From Microthyrium microscopicum (lineage: Eukaryota): 64,000 nucleotides of DNA. The notes below the pieces were generated by a model. That model was given only the letters and a program-made list of their open reading frames with translations, did no database searches and was not told the DNA's origin. A program made the position numbers and the translations under genes. Of the stretch, positions 1 to 11,241 are shown one piece after another (within the stretch, counting starts at the first letter, position 1; each line of letters opens with the position of its first letter). The stretch covers positions 1,253,122 to 1,317,121 of the forward strand of contig MU004233.1 of NCBI GenBank assembly GCA_010405405.1. Direction: 5' to 3'.

Positions 1-315
1 GAATTAGGACTCAAGGCAGAGTTGAGACATCGCATGGCGTTGGCGGCGCGTCCAACTTCCCAAGCTGGGCTTTAACATTGAAGACTGCCTCTTCATCCCA
101 TGACATTCTTGCTTCGGCCTCTCAAACTGCGCCTCGGTAATCAGTCTCTCATCAAAGAGAGTAAATCACTGCTAGGGCGCAATAACTTTCATGAGGCTCA
201 CTCTGTCTCGGGATCAACAACGCCACATACAGTGCAAGACGAACGTCAAATAAAGCATATACCTCTCGACATGCCTCAGTAAAATGGTACTTTGAGAACC
301 TTCAACCCTCGAGTC

Positions 316-1957
316 ATGGCTCTTTCGGACGACTGGAATAGTGTGACTTTCAGCGCTGATGTTTGCGATGCGACCACTTTGGATGTAGGAGGGCTATTGA
401 ACACCATCGAGGCCAGACGCCGAAGCATATTTACCAAATTGGACAAACTGAATGTTCGAGTCACGGATGTGACAAGTGACGGTAATTTTCTTGGTTCATT
501 CTCACGAAATCCAGCTTAATATTCAATAGGCCTTGTCGCGTCGAGTATATGTCGAAATTCACAACAACTCCACACGAAAGCAGGGCCAGATAGTCAACGA
601 GGTCGCGTGAGGATAATGTAAGCACTTTGGTCTTGATTTGGACGTTTGACTAATACTGCACAGTTCTATATACGCAAGGAGCACTATTGAACCACTCCAA
701 ATTACTTCCAGCTCCATGCAAAGCTTGCTGAAGGAATACGATGTACATCCCGAATTTCTCAAAACCGTCCTTGCCTTCGGAATCGAGCCCAACGTTGCAG
801 ATTGTGCCAGTAGCACCCTGAACGTCAAATGGCCATCAGAAACCAGATCATGTAAGACTTCAGTGTGAACTCTAAAGCTCTCACCTAATTTTATAGGCAT
901 TTCTTATCTTCTGAACTATGTTGAAGAGAATCACCGGAATCCATCAAAACCATGGTCATTTCGACGAACAGCAGTATATCACGACCAACAAGCGGACTTT
1001 GATTTCTTTCTTTTACTCCACCCAAACAACACCGATACGTTTAGCAGAAGGGTTGAGCGGTTATTTATGCCCTCAATACCAAGAGAAGTAAATCTCGATG
1101 CTCAAAAACTGGCTCTTGATCCTTCCCGACTACATTTACTTGTACTTTCTTCATATGTCGAGAATTGGAGGCCATACATAACTTTTCTCGCCGATTCTTG
1201 GGAGGATGAAAACGACTTGGCTCTAGGTGTAGAGCCACAAAAAGCTCAACCACAAGATAGCTTCTATCGAGTGCAAGAGCTACGAAACATTAATGACCTT
1301 GCATGCTTTGTTTTAGCGAGTACCTCTGGCACATTGGATTTGATTACTAGACTCAAAGATAGCTCGGAGAGTATCTTGAAGAATAATACTGAATTGGAGT
1401 CGTACTCCACTTCGGTATCTGGCAGCATAGCAAGCTGCAATGCTTTCATTCCGAGGATACGTAACACAATAGACCTTGTAAGTCTCCAATCGTTTCAAAA
1501 CGCATACCTAGAGTTAACGTTTTACTAGGTGGGCTACACGTTAACTCTACACAACCAACTAGAGACAGCCAAGGTGGATGAAGCTTTAAAACTAGTGACG
1601 GAAGAGCTTCGTGATCTGACAAAGAACACTGTCGATGATAGTGCCACCGTCAAAATCGTGACATTGCTATCCACGTTATACTTGCCCGGTAGCTTCATCG
1701 CTGTAAGTGCCACTTCAAGCTTGTTTTGCATAGAAATGCTAACCAAACAGTCCGTGTACGGTATGAACTTCTTCGTCTTTGACACGACCACGAGGAGGAT
1801 TGTCATTGGACATGACTTTTGGGTCTTCATTCTCACCTGGCTGCCTTTGACATTGATCACGGGCCTAGGCTTCTATTTGATGCGATATCCGGGTCTATTC
1901 AACAAACCGAAGAAGCGACAGGCCCACGTAAAGGCCATCAACAGTGAGAAGGTTTAG
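316..1957 (+). CDS. Fungal CorA-like domain membrane protein (~467 aa, 6 exons)
   Basis: Exons 316-481, 530-617, 664-851, 897-1477, 1529-1702 and 1751-1957, joined over GT-AG introns, give one continuous frame (1404 nt). Motifs LQITSSSMQSLL..VHPEFL..VLAFG and YVEENHR..PWSFRRTAVYH are present. The C-terminus has two hydrophobic segments flanking YLPGSFIASVYGMNFF (CorA GMN signature). Start codon inferred. Confidence 0.8.
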
Positions 1958-2140
1958 ACCGGAGCAGCAGTTATCAGATTTACAAATTCTGATACCCTGA
2001 AGAACGAACTAATTCAAGCATGAGTTGCAGTGCTGTACGTGTACGAGTATGGCTAGGTCATTATATATGTGAATTTTGCAGCAAATTCAAATACTACGTG
2101 ACCTGATTTATCATCAAGATAGTCATTATCAATATAAAGT

Positions 2141-2185
2141 CGAAACACTCGAAACACTCGAAACACTTGAAACACTCGAAACACT
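2141..2185. repeat. 9-bp tandem repeat (CGAAACACT)x5 upstream of AIP1
   Basis: Five adjacent units, one of them the variant TGAAACACT. A single inverted copy AGTGTTTCG lies at 2228-2236. Confidence 0.9.
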
Positions 2186-2357
2186 TCTAAAAATATCTCC
2201 AGGCTGCCGCTCTCGTTTTGGTGTATAAGTGTTTCGGTAGGTAAGTCCTACAGCTCCAGTCAAGAACTTGAAGCTCCACCCCACTTCATTGTTGTCCAGG
2301 TCCATTCTCCAAACGCCACTTCATCCCAACCAAGCTCGAATTGAGTGGGAAAGGAAT

Positions 2358-4278
2358 ATGTCCTTGAAATCAGGTATGCTTTGTCAAGCTATTTAAGCTC
2401 CATGTAGAGCTAATTGGACTTCAGAGGCCATCTGGGCCGCCTCACCCACTACCACACGCGGCCAACCCACAATCTTAGACACAGATGCAAAGGGGGAGAG
2501 GCTGACCTACGCCGTAAGTGAACATTGCTCTGTAGATGCTTTCGGAGTACTAATAGTACTTTGGCAAATAGTCTGGCAAATCCATCTTCGTCCGATCGAT
2601 CGACAATCCGTCCCAAAGCACGCAATATACCTCCCACGTCGAAACCACATCAGTCGCGCGATTCTCCCCTTCGGGCTACTACATTGCATCCGGCGATGTA
2701 TCTGGCATCGTCCGCGTATGGGACTGCGTCGGTGAAGGCACGACAAAGGGCGAATACTCGATCATTGCTGGTCCTATCCGCGACATTGCCTGGGACGGCG
2801 ACTCGCAGCGCATCATTGCTGTTGGCGAAGGCAAAGAACGCATGGGACATTGTGTGAGCGCTGATAGTGGCAACACCGTTGGAGAAATCTCTGGACATTC
2901 ACAGCAAATCAACTCGGTCTCAATTCGACAACAGCGACCTTTACGGGCAGCGACTGGTAGTGATGATACGAGTGTAGTGTTTTATCATGGCGTACCTTTC
3001 AAGTTCAATACATCTTTAAGAGGGAAGCATGACAAGTTTGTCTTTGGAACGGCTTTTAGTCCTGATGGTGCCAATCTCGTTAGTGTTGGCGCAGATCGAA
3101 GGATATGGTTGTATGACGGCAAGACTGGCGATCCTAAAACAAATATCGGAGACGGTGTGCACACAGGAAGCATTTTTGGTGTTGCTTGGTCAAAAGATTC
3201 GAAGAGAATAGTCACAGCCAGTGCAGACCAAACGGTTCGTATCTGGGACGTTGAAGCCGGAAAGAACGTTACAACATGGCGAATGGGAGAAGAAGGTGTT
3301 GTGAGCATTCCCCAGCAACAAGTTGGCGTAACATGGCCTTCGGGACGCAGTGATGGCTTGGTGATCTCGGTTGATCTGGAAGGCAACCTCAACTATCTAC
3401 ACGAGGGCAGCCAAAAGCCAACTAAAGTCGTTCAAGGACATCAAAGAAATATCACAGCGGCTGGGATGAAAGGTTCTACATTCTTCACCGGCAGCTACGA
3501 AGGCCGAGTGTGTGCGTGGGACACCAAGACTGGAACTGCAGAGAAAATCGATGGTGATTCACACTCCAACTACGTGGCAGGCTTTGCCGCAGAACACGGA
3601 AAGGATCGAGTCTACTCTGTGGCGTGGGATGACTCCGTTCGTTGCATCTCGGCTGGAACCTTCACAGGAGCAACAGCATCAGTAGGAGGTCAACCAAAGG
3701 GCGTTGCAGTTGACGATAAAGGCACCAGTTACGTTGTCACACCTGAAGCAGTAGAGATATTCAAAGATGGTGAAAAGTCAGGTTCCCTTGCAGTTAAAGG
3801 AGGCACCAGCATCGCCGCATACGGATCTCTACTCGCGGTCGGTCGCGATGACAAGTCTATTCAGATATACACTTTGTCAGGATCAAGTCCATCGCCAGTC
3901 GACAAAGATCTTCGCAAAGCTACAGCAGCCATATCAACACTTTCTTTCTCGCCAGATGGAAAGTATCTTGCAGCAGGCGTGTCGAATGGCAAGATCTTGG
4001 TGTATGGCACAACCGAATGGAATGTGGTCACGGATCGTTGGAGTGCTCATACTGCTCGGATCACTTCTATTGCATGGGATCCGACATCCGAGTTTGCGGT
4101 TTCGGGATCTCTCGACACTAATGTGTTTGCGTGGAGCGTAAAGGACCCCGGCAAGCGTATCAAGGCATTGAACGCGCACAAGGACGGTGTGAACGGGGTT
4201 GCTTGGGGCAAAGATGGTGCAATTCTCTCTACAGGAGGCGATGCGACGGTCAAAAAGTGGAAAATCGAGGGTATATAG
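2358..4278 (+). CDS. AIP1: Actin-interacting protein 1 / WDR1, WD40 double beta-propeller (~603 aa, 3 exons)
   Basis: Exons 2358-2373, 2425-2513, 2572-4278. N-terminus IWAASPTTTRGQP..D.KGE.L.Y.SGKSIFVRSID. Contains DSGNTVGEISGHS, RPLRAATGSDD, FYHGVPFKF, many GH/WD repeats and C-terminal RWSAHTARI...SGSLDT. Motifs and length are typical of Aip1. Confidence 0.93.
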
Positions 4279-5059
4279 ACTAGTAGTAACATAGCCCCGA
4301 GAGAAATCCTGGGCAAGTTTGACCACGATATCAGATCTGCTCATTATTTGACGTCAGCTGTTAGAAGTACATAGGGCGCAGATTTCCGACTTCTTTAGTC
4401 GATCCTAACCTTATTCCAACCTCCTTTCTTACAACTGGCTATTGTTTTGAAATGTATGAACGATATTCTCCAACCCCGCGACCAGGCTGAGGGATTTGAG
4501 TTATGCATTGGTACAGCTCCATTTTGCTTCTTCGTATCCACCGCTTAGAATCGGCTGAGCAACCAAGTCCCCAACTGTCCCACAGCCCAGGCTGGCGCTG
4601 GCTTATACCTCGAACAGCTGAACAATACAGTATCTAGGCGATGAAATATGACGAGTGGTCGCCGAGAAACATCTTTGGCGTTGCCTTGGCGGAGCGAAAC
4701 ATTTTGAAGGCTATGTACCTTACTTCGACGGTTCATTGGTAACGAACTTGTTCAAAAGTCCGCCCAAAAGAATGTGCAACAGGTGAGGCGCCAAACTTGG
4801 GCGGCGGACCAGACCGAGGCGACCTCCAAAGTCCTGCATCACCGGTGCAGCATGTAGGCCTCTTTTACGTCTCCGGTCTCTTTTCTAGACCTGGCCATCT
4901 ACACCTTTAGATCCTGTAATCGATGCGCCAAACAACTTCCCGAATTCACCTCATCGTCACCAAAGAGATATTCCTGACACATCTACCCTACCGTCTACCA
5001 CAACAATCTGGTTGTACGAATACCTGAACGCCCCGCACTGATGTCGAGTTGGTTGGGCA

Positions 5060-8000
5060 ATGTCCCAACAATACCAAGCTGATGCTGGCGCACGCGACGA
5101 AGCAGTTGAAATTGAAGAACTCAAAGATCAAATCATTCAAGAGATCAAAGCGAAGGTCAAATGCGCCGATGAAGACTCAGATCCCAAGGCATATATTCTC
5201 CCCGTGGACGTCAAAGCAGCATGGAGTCAATGGCGTATAGCGCGCGTTTTATGGCTGGATCCACGGGAGGATGGCCACTACCTCGACATCATATATGAGC
5301 GTATGACTACGTTCCTGACCATCCTCATTCGAATTGATGCGGACAGATGCCTACAACGGTCCAAACCGCGATTCGTAGACCTGTTCTTTGAAGGGACGAC
5401 GCCTCGCATACAGGATGGAATGCTTCCTCTCGAACCTGGCGCTATCAATTTTTTGTCTACTGTCCGGAAAAAGGAAGCGTTTGTGGACATGCAATATCGC
5501 TTTTGTCCCTGGAAAATTCAGATCGTTTCAGATCATGACTATATCGTCCAGATAGACTCAAAATATCGTCTGCCTTTTGAAAAACAACCGCAGGCAATGC
5601 CCATCGGAGAAGGAGCCTTCGGTGAAGTATCAATTGTACCAATCTCGCCGGGCTATCTCATCAAAAGTAACAACCAACCAAAGAGTGTAGGCAAAGTTTC
5701 CGTCACAACTCATGGGCCACCCTAGCTTACTGTTCAAAGGATACAATCGTGGCCGTCAAGAAGATTGCCATTCAGCAAAGTTTCGAAAAAGAAGCACGAA
5801 ATTTGAAAATTCTTACAAAGAGTCTTGCTAGACATGAAAATATCTTACAACATTATGCTGTTATCACTCATGGGACGAACTCCTACGTTGTCATGCCCTA
5901 CGCGAGGTACAAATCAAATCCATGGTCGATGGAATATTATCGTGTATGCTGACTATACAACTAGACTTGGAGATCTCTGGCAGTTCATGCACAACGGCAA
6001 AAGTCCATATAACGAACCAATGTACAACTTTACAGACAACTTTCCTAGAATCATTCCAGGAGACGTCGCAGTGCCCCTAATCAGGCAGCTACGAAACTTG
6101 TCAAATGCTTTGCAATGGGTACGTTCTGCTTACATGCCTATTCAGCCCGATGGCGGCGTGACATATCATATTGTTCAATTTTTTCACTATCTCGGTTTCT
6201 TTTCATTCGCTAGGTCATTCACTTCATTGCTGACTTACCTCTCCTGCAGCTTCACCATTCACTAGTCGTTCCCGAGGAAGGAAATTTCTCTTGCTGTCAT
6301 ATGGACCTCAAGCCAGACAACATTCTCATCGACGAGCACTCCAGTTCGCCTGTAGGAGTTTGGAAAATATCCGATTTTGGCCTGTCTGTCATGAACGAAA
6401 CCTCGAGAGTTGGGACCGTTCGTGATTATATCTCGCAAGCCAGCGTCAATACCCGGCCTGGACGAATTGAAGGGACCTATACCGCACCAGAAGTTGAAAT
6501 CGGGCACAACCGAAAAGAGAAGATTGCAGGCAGTCGGGGGGACGTTTGGTCATTCGCTTGTATTATTGCAGAGGTTCTTGCATTTGCTCTTGGTCAAGAA
6601 GAAGAAGTTGAAGAGTTTTTTGAACAGAGGAGGAGCGACAGTCCACAGAAGGACAACGATTACTTTTACACCAAAAAGTCGAACAAGGAGCTCAAGCCAA
6701 ATCAAACCAGATCTGTTGAGGACTATCAGATCCGATCAGCTGTCACAACATGGCTCGATGCCGTGCCTGTAAAATATCCTACACCACAGAACTGGGCAGG
6801 CTGCTGGGCAGAAACTGTCAAGACTGTTCTTGATGTAGACAGCGCGACACGTCCCTCTGCTCTTGAGTTGGTAAGACTCCCCCGTGCCAAATCACATATG
6901 TTGACGACATGAGATGGAACCAAAAAAATCATACCTCTCATCGCACTCAATGGCTACCATAGAACGCGATGGGTGTTTCATCGTTTCGCCACGAAAAGAG
7001 AACTTGGTCTTTTAAAGTGTGTCAGCTACAATCGTGTTCTTATACTGACAAATTCTAGGAGAGGCTGGTGATACATATTAGAGATCACGTTCGCGACTGC
7101 TTACAAGGCAACACGGAAATATGTGACCCTCCACAAGTTCGACTAGACGATTTGCGCCGTTTGAGAAGACAAAGAACAGACACTCTACCTCTCACGCAAA
7201 GTTCTGTGGACCCACCGACTCTTGGTGCAAGCAATCCGTTACCAATACTACCGAGAACAATGCTGCCACCTCCACCATCAGAACTACCGCCATCAACGCC
7301 TACAAATCGACCGGGTCATCAACCAGGCCTTAGCATCGTATTAACACCAGACTCACCAGGAATGGGGTCTGCAACTCCTGGCGCAGAATCTGATAGAGAA
7401 CCCCCCTACAGTGCATTGTTTGCGAAAACAGACAAAGAAGTCACTCCAGAAGCAGTATCACAAAGAACATCTCATACATCCGAGAGCCATTCGAATTCAC
7501 TTACGGATTCACATTATAACTCTAATAGCCCCATCCCTCTACCAGCGCATTATTCACAAGGATCCTATTGGACTCCTCATGCTTCCAATCCTCCATTTAG
7601 TCCTATGTCCAGCAACGGCCCGGTATCCCCATTTTTCCCCAACATGACTGGCGAGCCGGGTCGGTTTGACGATGAGGGTAATCGACATGAATCCATGTCT
7701 GATATCATCCCTCTTCCGAGAAATGCACATGGCATATTGATCCATCCAAACGTACGAAGAACGCGGGTCGAACCCCCGAGGACATCTTCACTAAAACTTC
7801 GCGCTTCGGCATTGGCCATGTCGTCTACAGATGGGGGCGTGCTTGTCGCTCACCTCGTAGATAAAAGAATTCACCTACGCCGGGTAACATCGCGGTCAAT
7901 CTCGAATCTACCTGATGTGTATTTGGCTGGATACAGTTGGACGGGTATGTCATTAGCAGGATCGTTCCTGGGCTGCTGGGGCATGTCCGGCGGTTCTAAG

Positions 8001-8960
8001 ATAGTAAGCCATGTTCAAAGTTATTAAGTTGATATGTTCGGCTCACCGTTGTTAGGTACACTTGCGAGATCTCAATCAAGCTCATCATGAGAGAACCGAA
8101 TCGGCAAGGAGTAGTTTGAAGCAAGTGGCAGCTTCCCCTCGAGGTGCCTTTGCCCTTGTCTGTTCGACTGAACTGCAACTGATGGGAGTGAGAGAGTATG
8201 TGGACATTACGTTCATCAATACAGGAAGCGATGCTGACAAGCCTAGCAATACCAATGGACAGACTCTCATATCTGGGTCTACGGTTTCTCACGCAGCATT
8301 TAATGATACGGGAGACCTTTTATTCGCATGGATTGAACGTGGCGAGGCCAATTACGTCTATGTCTGGCGGATAAACTATGACGGAAACCTTTCTGCATCT
8401 CTTGAATCGCCTAAGCTTTATGAAAGGGTATGATGCGTTTTAGTAAACTGCTATGCAAAGATCACTAACAATACACATAGGCTAGAGCTGGAGAATATAC
8501 TTTCAAGGTATTACCACTAAACACCTACCAAGGGTGTCTAGTAACCAAAACATTCCCCCGATCGCGAGACTTATTTCGCGTACCCTTCGGTGTACAGCCG
8601 ACAGGCGTCCTTCTTAATGCTCCCCAATCCGTTCAAATTCCAGGAACGCTCAAAATCTTCGGTGATCACTCACTTCTTGTCTTGGACACGGAGAAGGTCA
8701 AACCAGAAAACAAGCGTAGTCCATTCCATCGCTCCAAACCATTCACCAAGATCTACGAATGGGAGATTGATATGGCAGGCAATGGCACGCTCAAGAATGT
8801 ATGGCAGGAGCTATGTGCCTTTGAGGGTGAGGCAAAACCTGGTATGGGTTTTTGTGTTGGAAAGGATGGGGGCACGATTATTGTTGTTGTTGCTGGTCTT
8901 GATGGCTTGGTCCAGGTTTCGGACTTTAAGCCGGCTGTTTTGGAGACGATGGAGGAGTGA
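5060..8960 (+). CDS. Large Ser/Thr protein kinase-like protein (~1120 aa, 7 exons): N-terminal domain, kinase, Pro/Ser-rich linker, beta-rich C-terminus
   Basis: Exons 5060-5686, 5740-5906, 5965-6118, 6250-6870, 7059-8003, 8056-8427 and 8481-8960 keep frame. Kinase motifs occur in order: IGEGAFGEV, VAVKK, FEKEARNL, HENIL, CHMDLKPDNIL, ISDFGLS, TYTAPE, DVWSFACI, RPSA. Confidence 0.85.
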
Positions 8961-9187
8961 TTGCTGTTCAGATACCCCTTTGCGCTGGAGCATTGTTATG
9001 GATTGGAAAAGGGATACCACGAATCATGGGTCGATTATGATAAATCCGATAATGGTAATGAGACTTGTTGAACACATATACGTACTTACACTATGGGTAG
9101 GTCACAATTGCCTAAAATATCGGGTACATAGGTAACGACTTCCTAAAATGGTTGCCTGAGCATGTTGACATTTAGGCTGCCAGATTC

Positions 9188-9235
9188 TTCACTCACTCTC
9201 TCACTCTCTTACTCTCTCACTCTCTCAATCTCTCA
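9188..9235. repeat. CT-rich simple repeat tract
   Basis: Degenerate (ACTCTCTC)n run upstream of the small ORF and CSN3, typical of a pyrimidine-rich fungal promoter or 5' UTR. Confidence 0.6.
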
Positions 9236-9332
9236 TCACATCACTTCATTACATCATTTATAAATGGCTCCAACTGCTGCCTGGTATTAGCACTTCTACG
9301 TAGCATCCTTTTCTGTAGGAACCACTTTTTAT

Positions 9333-9536
9333 ATGGCCGCCGACATAAAAGCCCTCTACATCTCGTTACAGACCCCAAAAAACGGACAAACTCCCCCACC
9401 TTCTTACAAGAACCCCGACTTCTACAAGCAGTCAGCCTGGATCCTACTCTATTGGCTCATAATAGGCAGCGCCACCGCTGCATTGTTTATGCATGCCTCC
9501 TTCTGCCTAGACGAGCACACTCCTACAACTCGCTAA
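9333..9536 (+). CDS. Possible small single-pass membrane protein or uORF (67 aa)
   Basis: ATG-initiated ORF with one clear hydrophobic segment (AWILLYWLIIGSATAALFM). It ends 76 bp before the CSN3 ATG. No family recognised. Confidence 0.3.
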   Translation: MAADIKALYISLQTPKNGQTPPPSYKNPDFYKQSAWILLYWLIIGSATAALFMHASFCLDEHTPTTR

Positions 9537-9612
9537 GCCCATTAACCCTCTTGTGCCATCGAACAAGCTCCCCACTATCGCGAATATCATCGACGAAGAC
9601 ACATCTGACACC

Positions 9613-11241
9613 ATGGCGCAGAGCCCCACCTTCCAGGGCTCGAGCGCTTCGGAATACGACAAGCAAATTCGACAGTTTCGATCAAACATCAAGCGTCTTT
9701 CTGCCAAAGATTTCCAAAAGCGCTCTGTAGAGGACATCCTTGGGGTGTGTAACATCTTGTCTCGCTTAGTGAGATGAGCACCACTAACTGTATTGCAGGA
9801 AGAAGACCAAGCCGCTGGCACTGGCATCGAATACACCATTCTTCTCTCCGATACAATCGCAGCTGTATCCCAAAACAACGCTGTTGGAATCCACAGCACC
9901 TTATGGGCCAAAATCCTCCAATACCTTCGATCCTTCGATCCTGTCGCTATTCGCTATGTCGGCAAAGACTTTAGAATGATTCTTGAGACAGTCATCAGCT
10001 CTGCGAAAGCTGCCTCTACACCACATCACGCTATCATACCCGTTCGTAATGCGATTCTGAGACTTCAGCCAGAGAACGAAACCCTCACCTCATTTCATCT
10101 GCCATTGCTACAACTGTGTCTCGAGACTAAACACTACCAAGAGGCATTGCCTATTCTTGACAAAATCATCTTCAACTTTCCTACCTCCAATCCTCATAAC
10201 CTTGATAGTGATTACCCATGCTCAGATCACCAGGACAGCAGTGGTTACATTACCCTCAAGTCGGGACTTACAAGCCCCGTACAATACCGCAACATACACG
10301 AATACTTCTTACTAGGGGGCATGATATACACTGCTTTGGGCCGAAAGAGATGGGATGAAGCAATGCTATACTTTGAGTACGTCATGTGTGTAGCGACGCA
10401 AAATGTCGCGACAGGTTACATGCTCGAAGCCTATCGCAAGTGGCTCCTACTGGGTGTGCTCCTCACAGGCAAAGTAAGATTTATCCCTGAGATCCCTTTG
10501 AGGGTCTGAAATAACTGGCACTGACTATCTTAGACACCCGCCATTCCCAGAATCGCTAACAGCGCCGCCATGCGAACAATTCAAACAGCCTCAAAACACT
10601 ATGTTGCGTTAGTTGCGGCATTCCACAACAGTGATGTTTCCAAACTCAAAGCCGAAATTAATGTTGGGCTGACACAATGGGACGAGGTAGCTATCGCATC
10701 ATCAAGTTTGTACATGGGCAGCAACTAACATTGCTTCTAGGATGGAAATCTTGGCCTCGCCTTGGAGCTGACATCTGCGCATCGACGCTTTTACATCATT
10801 AATCTCCAGAAAACGTATTCTAGATGCTACATATCACAACTGGATGAGGAAGGAAACTCCGATCTGGCAATGAAGGTAGCTCACACACTGATCGAAGATG
10901 GCAACTTGAATGCGGTCATCGAATATCACAACGGCAAACCAACTATTGAGTTCTTTCCCAACTCCAAAGGGCCTTTAGCCAAAAGCGAAGAGCAGTTCCA
11001 AGAGTCTGTCGTCCAGAAGCTAGATAAGATCAAGGCTCTCATGGAACGCGTTAAGCGTGTCGAACAGAAAGTCATGCTATCTCCCGAATACATTCAAGCA
11101 GCACGAAAAGCCAAAGATACCAGCAATGTGGTTGCTTCTGGCCCTCCCATTAGGGATCTTGGTGCCATGGACGAACCTATGGGTTTCTCCGCGAATGGGG
11201 CGGACTTTGCTCCCGACGATGAAGATCTCATGGAAACCTAG
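9613..11241 (+). CDS. csn3: COP9 signalosome subunit 3 (PCI-type, ~486 aa, 4 exons)
   Basis: Exons 9613-9744, 9799-10473, 10534-10686, 10741-11241. Motifs LTSFHLPLLQLCL, EYFLLGGMIY, MLEAYRKWLLLGVL, DGNLGL, I.NLQKTYS and LIEDGNLNA.I match fungal Csn3. Confidence 0.85.

Noticed and set aside
2449..4344. Several overlapping or antisense ORFs across AIP1
   Set aside because: Shadow frames of a well-supported spliced gene, with no protein-like features.
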